Shown piece after piece: positions 56,516-61,994 of a stretch of 61,994 bases of DNA. The first letter of the stretch is position 1, and the number at the start of each line of letters is the position of its first letter. Under the pieces are notes generated by a model, which ran no database searches, was not told the origin of the DNA, and saw only the letters and a list, made by a program, of their open reading frames with translations. Where the stretch lies: positions 1-61,994 of IMG/VR virus record IMGVR_UViG_3300012930_000013, one strand, 5' to 3'. The stretch is from a virus (taxonomy: Duplodnaviria > Caudoviricetes). The translations under genes were made by a program, and so were the position numbers.

Positions 56516-56970
56516 GGCATGTCATCCAAGATCTTGGTGATTGTTCGAGTGCTCGTCTTGCACACGCTTGGTACGGGTCGGACACCCGTCTGACTCGACG
56601 GCTGAGTGTTCATGGCGTCGAGGCAGTCTTCAAGGTCGACCGCCGAGACGACCGCGTGCGCGCCGGTGTGGCAGCGCTGGGCACGCCACGCGTCTCGGCA
56701 CGTGATGGCCTGCGCTTCTGGCCGCACGAGGGCACAGTACGTGAACGCCTGCGCCTCGCACGCCTCCGACGCCGGTACGTCGTCACCTCTGCACGCCGCC
56801 TCCTTGAGGTGCTCGCACTCCTGGGTGGTCAGCGCCGAGGTGGAGATCGGATCGGCCGAGCAGTGGTCGACCGCCTGCGCCCGGCAGTCGTCGTCACCGA
56901 CCGTGCACCCTGCGAATAACATCATCGCCGTCATCACAGTCAACCACAGATGAATGCTGTTGGTGTTCAT
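56512..56970 (-). CDS. Cys-rich putative lipoprotein
   Basis: MMLFAGC lipobox; regularly spaced Cys. Confidence 0.6.
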   Translation of the reverse strand: MNTNSIHLWLTVMTAMMLFAGCTVGDDDCRAQAVDHCSADPISTSALTTQECEHLKEAACRGDDVPASEACEAQAFTYCALVRPEAQAITCRDAWRAQRCHTGAHAVVSAVDLEDCLDAMNTQPSSQTGVRPVPSVCKTSTRTITKILDDMP

Positions 56971-57195
56971 GGTGCCATCTCCCAGATGACTTCGTTTCCA
57001 GCCATGCGGGCCGGTAGAAGCGCGTCTCGCGCTTATCGAGGGGCCACCCGACCCAGCGCCTCTGGCGGAGGAGGAACAGGAACCCGGACACCGGATACCT
57101 CACATCCTGGTTCCAGGGTGCGATGGGACAGTCCGGCGCGCAGTAGCCCATGCGCTGGCAGTCGCCGCAACGGAAACTACGTAGGTTGTACTCCA

Positions 57196-57474
57196 CTATG
57201 ATCCTCCGTATTCAATGACCGCACCGTGCTGCAAGACGCGCGGTTTGTCCTTCACCAACTCATCACGGAAAAAATGCCGGTCGCGCTTGATGTCGAGGTT
57301 AGCGCGCTTGGTAGCGTGGCGCTCCTGCGTCGTGTAGCTGCGCTTGCAGACGACGAGCGGGTAGCGCTCATTGACCGCGAGCTCGACCGCCTCGGCCTTA
57401 CTCGCGGCGATCACGCACACCACGCCGCCGGTGTAGTCGCCGAGCGACTTCGGGTACCAGACGTACATCCTCAC
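57196..57474 (-). CDS. Hypothetical protein
   Basis: MYVWY...YTGGVVCVIAASKAEAV...YGGS; start uncertain. Confidence 0.4.
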   Translation of the reverse strand: MRMYVWYPKSLGDYTGGVVCVIAASKAEAVELAVNERYPLVVCKRSYTTQERHATKRANLDIKRDRHFFRDELVKDKPRVLQHGAVIEYGGS

Positions 57475-58469
57475 GACGTCATCTCCGGCGATGGGTCCAC
57501 GCCGAGCTGCTGGACGCGAGTGCGCTCGGCGTGCGCGTGGAGATGCTTGACCGCGGCCGGCAGCACGATCCTCCCCTTCTGGGTCCGCATGATGAGGCCG
57601 AGCTCGAGGAGCACGGGCTCGATGATGCCCTCGATCTGGCCGCGCTCGATGCCGAGCTGCGCGGCGATGGTGAGCACGCCGACCGGCGAGCCGAGTCGCT
57701 CGCACAGGACCCCGAGGTACTCGCGGTCCTTGGCGTCGAGCCCGAGCGCGTCGAGCCCGAGCGCGTCGAACGTGGCCTCGGCGACCTCGAGCGTAAGCGT
57801 CGCCTCGCCGGCGCTCTCCATAAAGTCGCGGCAGTTGCGCACGAGGCGGTTGGCGACGCGCGGCGTGCCGCGGCTGCGCCGGCCGATCGCGTCGGCGATG
57901 TTGTCGCAGAACACGTTCGTGCGCATCCCGAGCCGCTCCATGGTCTTTCGAGCGATGGTCGCGAGGTCCGGGACCGAGTAGTGCCCGAGCTGGAACGTGT
58001 ACGCGAAACGGTCCCGGAGCGGCCCGGTCAGCAGGTGCGCGCGCGTGGTCGCGCCGACCAGGGTGAAAGGCTGCAGCGGCAGGCGGACGGTGCGCTTGCC
58101 TGCGGACAGGTCGACGTGGCCGTCTTCCATGGCGGTGTACAGGAGCTCCTGCATCGCGGACTTGAGCCCATGGACCTCGTCCAGGAACAGCACGTCGTGG
58201 CGGCCGAGCGTGGTGAGCAGGCCGGTCAGCTCGCCCTTGTGCTCGATCGCCGTGGCGACCGCGGCGTGGAGCTTGGTACCCATTTCCGAGGCGATGATGT
58301 TCGACAAGCTCGTCTTACCACATCCTGCTAATCCGCTTAAGAGGACGTGGCTACACGCACGATCGCCGTGGCGGGCCGCGACCACGGCACGCCGGAGCAC
58401 GTCGATCGTCGCTCGCTGGCCGACGTAGTCGTCGAATGAGGCGGGGCGGATGTCCTGGTCCTTGCTCAT
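57471..58469 (-). CDS. ruvB: Holliday junction branch-migration ATPase RuvB
   Basis: IRPASFDDYVGQ, GLAGCGKT, LFLDEVH, LYTAMED, FTLVGATTR, PLRDRF, SRGTPRVANRL, EPVLL..GLIMRTQKGR. Confidence 0.92.
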   Translation of the reverse strand: MSKDQDIRPASFDDYVGQRATIDVLRRAVVAARHGDRACSHVLLSGLAGCGKTSLSNIIASEMGTKLHAAVATAIEHKGELTGLLTTLGRHDVLFLDEVHGLKSAMQELLYTAMEDGHVDLSAGKRTVRLPLQPFTLVGATTRAHLLTGPLRDRFAYTFQLGHYSVPDLATIARKTMERLGMRTNVFCDNIADAIGRRSRGTPRVANRLVRNCRDFMESAGEATLTLEVAEATFDALGLDALGLDAKDREYLGVLCERLGSPVGVLTIAAQLGIERGQIEGIIEPVLLELGLIMRTQKGRIVLPAAVKHLHAHAERTRVQQLGVDPSPEMTS

Positions 58470-58909
58470 GTGGTCCTCTTTTTTTCCTCTGTCTGCTTGA
58501 CCGCCTCGCCGATGCGATGAGCGTTCGTGATCTTCTCGAAGACCGGGAAACGCGTGGGCTCCTCGTGAGGCCTCGTCGACTCCTCTGGCAGGACCCCCGC
58601 GCGACGCGCGATCTCGAGTGCCTCCGCCCTCGATGCTCTGGTCTTGTTGGCGGCGAAGCGCTCCATCTGGTACAGCTGGCGCGCTTTGAACAACCAGGCT
58701 CGGATCGCCGCGAGGCGGTCGTGAGGTGCATCGCGGGTTCCGGCGAGCAACTTGTACTGCTCGTAGACCCGAACCGCATGCTCGACGTGTCCCGGCTCTG
58801 GCTTGCGCTCGGGTGGCGACCGCCACCAGTCCTTCGGTGGCAAGACTGACTCGACCGTCAGCTCTAGCTTGTGCTTGTAGTCTACCCACCACCCTGCAGC
58901 GTTTGCCAT
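58466..58909 (-). CDS. Hypothetical protein
   Basis: ORF coupled to the ruvB start. Confidence 0.45.
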   Translation of the reverse strand: MANAAGWWVDYKHKLELTVESVLPPKDWWRSPPERKPEPGHVEHAVRVYEQYKLLAGTRDAPHDRLAAIRAWLFKARQLYQMERFAANKTRASRAEALEIARRAGVLPEESTRPHEEPTRFPVFEKITNAHRIGEAVKQTEEKKRTT

Positions 58910-58913
58910 AGCA

Positions 58914-59159
58914 TCACCGTCTCTTCGCCTTATTGCACATGACCTCATCGAGTAGTGGATCATGTCGTAGCTTGACATAGACGTGTTCGACGCCGAACTG
59001 GTGGTTGATTTTCTCGAAGGTGGTGGCGAGGTGATTGGCTCCGCGCTTCGTCTTGCGGGTCCCGACGCGAATGCTAGCCGTGTTGCACAGGAAGTCGGCA
59101 AACACATCCCAGCGATACCCGTTGCGTGTCATGTTGCGTTCACCAGTCATCTTAATCAC
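58914..59159 (-). CDS. Hypothetical protein
   Basis: GTGA-coupled ORF. Confidence 0.35.
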   Translation of the reverse strand: MIKMTGERNMTRNGYRWDVFADFLCNTASIRVGTRKTKRGANHLATTFEKINHQFGVEHVYVKLRHDPLLDEVMCNKAKRR

Positions 59160-59935
59160 CGCTTCTTGGTACGAGTGCGTTTCTCCTTCGACTTCGACTT
59201 AGAGGTGGCAGGCTTGGCAGCCAACTTGGCCTTGAGCTTCTTGACCTCCGCGGTGAGCCGGTCACGTTGTTGCGTGAACCAGGTGAGCTCAGTACCACGC
59301 ACCTCAGCCTGCTCATGGAAGAAATCGCGGTCGCGCCGGCACTGATCGTACTCCTTCTTCAGCGTCGATGCCGACTCGAGCGCGTCGGCGACCGACTCGG
59401 CGCCGAACATCTCCCGGAGCTTGATGTGGAGCGAGAACAGGTTAGCTTCGGCTGCGTCACAAGACTCGACGGCCTCGCGCCCGATGTTGGAGTTACCGAC
59501 GGCCTGCCGGGTCGCATCATCGCGCCCGCTCATCAGCAGCCGGACCCGGTTGGGCAGGCTGATCTCGATGTTGATGCCGGCGCCATCGCGCGGCACCGTG
59601 CGCGGGACGCCTGCGGCGTCGAGGATGTTGGTCAACTCGAGCATGATGTTCTCTTCTCGTGTGTTTTCAGGGTTCTCAATCATGATGTGCTCCTGCTCTC
59701 GCATGTTTTCTGGTTTATTAAACATCGGGCGATCATCGACCGCACTACGTGCACGTCGCTCGGCGAGCTTCTTGGCGACGGCATCGATCACTCCTTGGTC
59801 GACGGAGATCTCGTTACACCGGCGGCGGATCCACTCCGAGAGCTGAAGGCCTTCGGCGCCCGCGGTTACGCGCCAGCGCTTGAGATCATCGCTGGGAACG
59901 CGCAGTTCCACTCGCTCATCGTCTCTGGGTGACAT
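59156..59935 (-). CDS. N-terminal RHH domain fused to coiled coil and basic tail
   Basis: RVELRVPSDDLKRW...GLQLSEWIRRRCN; Lys-rich C-terminus. Confidence 0.55.
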   Translation of the reverse strand: MSPRDDERVELRVPSDDLKRWRVTAGAEGLQLSEWIRRRCNEISVDQGVIDAVAKKLAERRARSAVDDRPMFNKPENMREQEHIMIENPENTREENIMLELTNILDAAGVPRTVPRDGAGINIEISLPNRVRLLMSGRDDATRQAVGNSNIGREAVESCDAAEANLFSLHIKLREMFGAESVADALESASTLKKEYDQCRRDRDFFHEQAEVRGTELTWFTQQRDRLTAEVKKLKAKLAAKPATSKSKSKEKRTRTKKR

Positions 59936-59943
59936 GGTAACCG

Positions 59944-60249
59944 TTACTCTCTACACTTCGGGAACTTGTCGGTGTTCCAGCCGCTGACGTCGGTCTTGTC
60001 TCTGCGCCAGAGAACGCCGAGCCGCTGCATGTGGCAGCGCTGGCACTCCTCGACGGCAGCCATCGGGTAGGTGGGCGCCCAGTCATGACTCTCCTCCGGG
60101 CCATATGACACGGCGATCCCGTGCATGTCGACCACGCCATCGTAGAACACGTGGTCGTAGCCAGCCTCGCGGAGCTTCTCGCTGATCTCATCCACCGCGC
60201 TCTTGCTGAGCTCGAGGATCGCGTAGGTGCGTGTCTGTCGGATGCTCAT
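59944..60249 (-). CDS. Hypothetical phage protein
   Basis: GAGGAG RBS; TYAILELS...EISEKLREAGYDH...DMHGIA. Confidence 0.55.
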   Translation of the reverse strand: MSIRQTRTYAILELSKSAVDEISEKLREAGYDHVFYDGVVDMHGIAVSYGPEESHDWAPTYPMAAVEECQRCHMQRLGVLWRRDKTDVSGWNTDKFPKCRE

Positions 60250-60296
60250 CTGCGTGTCTCCTCGTGGTAGGTTGGTCCGAAGGGGGATCCATCACC

Positions 60297-61559
60297 ATGA
60301 CCAGAAATCTGTGTGGGTTGTTCTCGTTGCTGCTCGCCTGCGTCTCGCCGCCCGCTCCGGTCTTCGACCTGTCGACGACCGCACTGCAGGTCGACTGCTC
60401 GTCGGGAGGCGACGACACCGTCGCCGTCCAAGCGGCGATCAACGCCGGTCAGTGCCTGCCCGCGGGTACGTTCCGCGTCGACGCGCCGGCGCTCGGCGCG
60501 AACGGCCGGAGGCGGGACGCGATGCTCACCGGGGCGAAGCTCTGCGGCGCCGGCGAGGAGCTCACCACGGTCCTGTTCCGCGGCGACGCTCACCTGCTCT
60601 ACTGGGTCGGGGTGAACTTGACCGCCAACGCCGAGGTCCACCACGTCACCCTGGACACGACGTGCCTCACCGACGTCGTCGAGCAGACCCACGTGACGCG
60701 CGCGTGGACGGGCGCGGACCACGCGTACATCCACGACGCGCTGTTCCGCCACCCGAAGCGGGCGAACGGAGTCAAGCCGGGCGACTGCGTCAACGTCGTC
60801 GGTCCCGGGTACGTCGCGGGCCAGCCGTACACCCCGATCCAGGGCATGACGATCGACCACGTGGCGTTCGAGTCGTGCGGTCGAGGCGGCGTGCAGGTGA
60901 GCCGCGGCCTGGACCATCTCAAGGTCTCGAACAGCACGTTCGGTGCCTGCGGCTTCGACGTCGGGTCGGAAGGGGCCGGTTTCAAGGACTCGGCCACAGG
61001 AACCATCGTCAGGACGCTCACCAACGTGGAGCTCGACCACAACCACTTCGGATCCCCGTACACCAGCGGCTACTCGCTGGAGTTCGAGTGGGTCGGCGGG
61101 GCGAGCGTCCACGACAACGTCAGCGATGCTCGCCCGTGGTTCATCTACTACTCCGACGACGTCGCGACGGCGTCCAATGTGGTCACGAACGTCACGAGCG
61201 CACCGGTCGTCAACCTCGCTGACGAGAACCACAGGTTCTCCTCGACGAACGACCTGCTGACGCAGGCGGTGGCGAACTTCGAGGTCGTCCGAGCCGCTGC
61301 GCTCGACACGAATCGGCAGGCGGACCTCGGCGGGCTGTCGATCACCGGGTCCCAGCTCAACCAGGGAGGTGCAGCCGATTTCGTCGTGCTGTCGGGCGTC
61401 GTGGGTGCCGCGGTGACTGGCGTGACGATGGTCTACATCGGACCGAGCACGCGGGTACCCGCCTCGGTCGTCCAGAGGACGTCGGGTGGCGTCGCACCGG
61501 CCGTCGCCGTGCCGACGTCTGCTGTGGTGGAGACCGGGACCATCCGCGTCGGCTGGTGA
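60297..61559 (+). CDS. Secreted/lipoprotein with right-handed beta-helix (polysaccharide-binding or lyase-like)
   Basis: LFSLLLAC lipobox-like signal; DDTVAVQAAIN...LPAGTF; beta-helix repeats; lone + strand gene in the - strand arm. Confidence 0.65.
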   Translation: MTRNLCGLFSLLLACVSPPAPVFDLSTTALQVDCSSGGDDTVAVQAAINAGQCLPAGTFRVDAPALGANGRRRDAMLTGAKLCGAGEELTTVLFRGDAHLLYWVGVNLTANAEVHHVTLDTTCLTDVVEQTHVTRAWTGADHAYIHDALFRHPKRANGVKPGDCVNVVGPGYVAGQPYTPIQGMTIDHVAFESCGRGGVQVSRGLDHLKVSNSTFGACGFDVGSEGAGFKDSATGTIVRTLTNVELDHNHFGSPYTSGYSLEFEWVGGASVHDNVSDARPWFIYYSDDVATASNVVTNVTSAPVVNLADENHRFSSTNDLLTQAVANFEVVRAAALDTNRQADLGGLSITGSQLNQGGAADFVVLSGVVGAAVTGVTMVYIGPSTRVPASVVQRTSGGVAPAVAVPTSAVVETGTIRVGW

Positions 61560-61567
61560 CACTTCGC

Positions 61568-61994
61568 TCAGCCCTGCCCGGCCAGCTCCCTGAGCGCCCG
61601 GAGTGCCTCGTCGTCACCCGCGAAGAACAGGTGGGCGAGGGCTGGGAGGTGCCTGATCCCCGCCTCGTAGGCGCGGTCCTCGTTGACCCGCTCACCATCC
61701 CGGATCACCTGGCACCAGCCGGCCAGGCAGTGGGTGGTCTCGCAGGTGTGGTACCGCGCCATCGCGAGGTGACCACCCTGATCGACCTGGGCGAGGATCT
61801 CGCGGGCGAGTTCCCGCTGGTCCTCGATCGGAGGCGCGGAAGCATCACCCCACGTCCACCCCGACCCGTAGACCCGGGCCTGGCCGGAGACCCAGGCCTG
61901 GCCGAAGACCCTGGCCTCGCCGTAGACCCGAGCATAGTCGGAGACCACGGCCTTGCCGTAGACCCTGGCCTCGCCGAAGACCCTGGCCTCGCCG
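61568..61994 (-). CDS. Hexapeptide-repeat protein (5' part outside window)
   Basis: xARV(Y/F/S)G repeats; C-terminal HTCETTHCLAGW domain. Confidence 0.65.
   Translation of the reverse strand, partial: GEARVFGEARVYGKAVVSDYARVYGEARVFGQAWVSGQARVYGSGWTWGDASAPPIEDQRELAREILAQVDQGGHLAMARYHTCETTHCLAGWCQVIRDGERVNEDRAYEAGIRHLPALAHLFFAGDDEALRALRELAGQG
61865..61994 (-). repeat. 18-bp degenerate tandem repeat encoding ARVYG-type hexapeptides
   Basis: Recurring gccg(a/t/g)agacc...g(c/g)c units at 18-bp period. Confidence 0.8.

Noticed and set aside
57733-57769. 15-bp tandem repeat in ruvB (DALGLDALGLD)
   Set aside because: Matches the normal RuvB LxxD..GLD segment length, so this is probably codon coincidence rather than an expansion.
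61682-61696. Near-match to the operator (GTTGACCCGCTCACC) and similar partial matches at 2351 and ~38055
   Set aside because: Inside coding sequence with a mismatched half-site; likely chance.
1-61994. Many long overlapping or antisense ORFs in the six-frame track (e.g. 1466-2830 -, 11749-13455 -, 22969-24507 -, 37983-39620 -, 60246-61562 -)
   Set aside because: Shadow ORFs expected from high GC3. They are Arg/Gly/His-rich without motifs and overlap genes with clear family signatures.
1-61994. CRISPR array, tRNA/rRNA genes, integrase, transposase
   Set aside because: No spaced repeat array, cloverleaf or recombinase motif recognised by eye; the repeats found are tandem and coding.

Overview
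A 62-kb stretch of a large, high-GC tailed dsDNA phage with a contractile tail. No host housekeeping genes, tRNAs, rRNAs, integrase or CRISPR array were recognised. The + strand arm (1-48269) runs from a tail/baseplate module (tape-measure C-terminus with M23 peptidase, hub, spike, gp25-like, baseplate J, tailspike, wedge) into a replication/recombination module (SF2 helicase, UDG-like, DnaB-like, primase, intein-containing family A polymerase, UvsY-like, gp32-like SSB, RecA, SbcD/SbcC, Holliday resolvase, MT-A70 methylase), then small accessory genes. The converging - strand arm carries the terminase large subunit, RuvB, ribbon-helix-helix proteins and Cys-rich lipoproteins. Most notable: (1) a PolA with a remodelled nucleotide-binding pocket and an intein ending in Gly-Asp; (2) seven copies of a palindrome GTTGAC-N3-GTCA(A/T/C)C at gene boundaries, on -35-like boxes, one in front of an RHH gene; (3) a DnaA-box cluster with hairpins; (4) an HNH insertion that duplicated the helicase C-terminus; (5) AT-rich synonymous patches at catalytic motifs; (6) a shared RFxxIxxE(L/M) peptide in unrelated proteins. 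All product calls come from motif recognition by eye; no searches were run.
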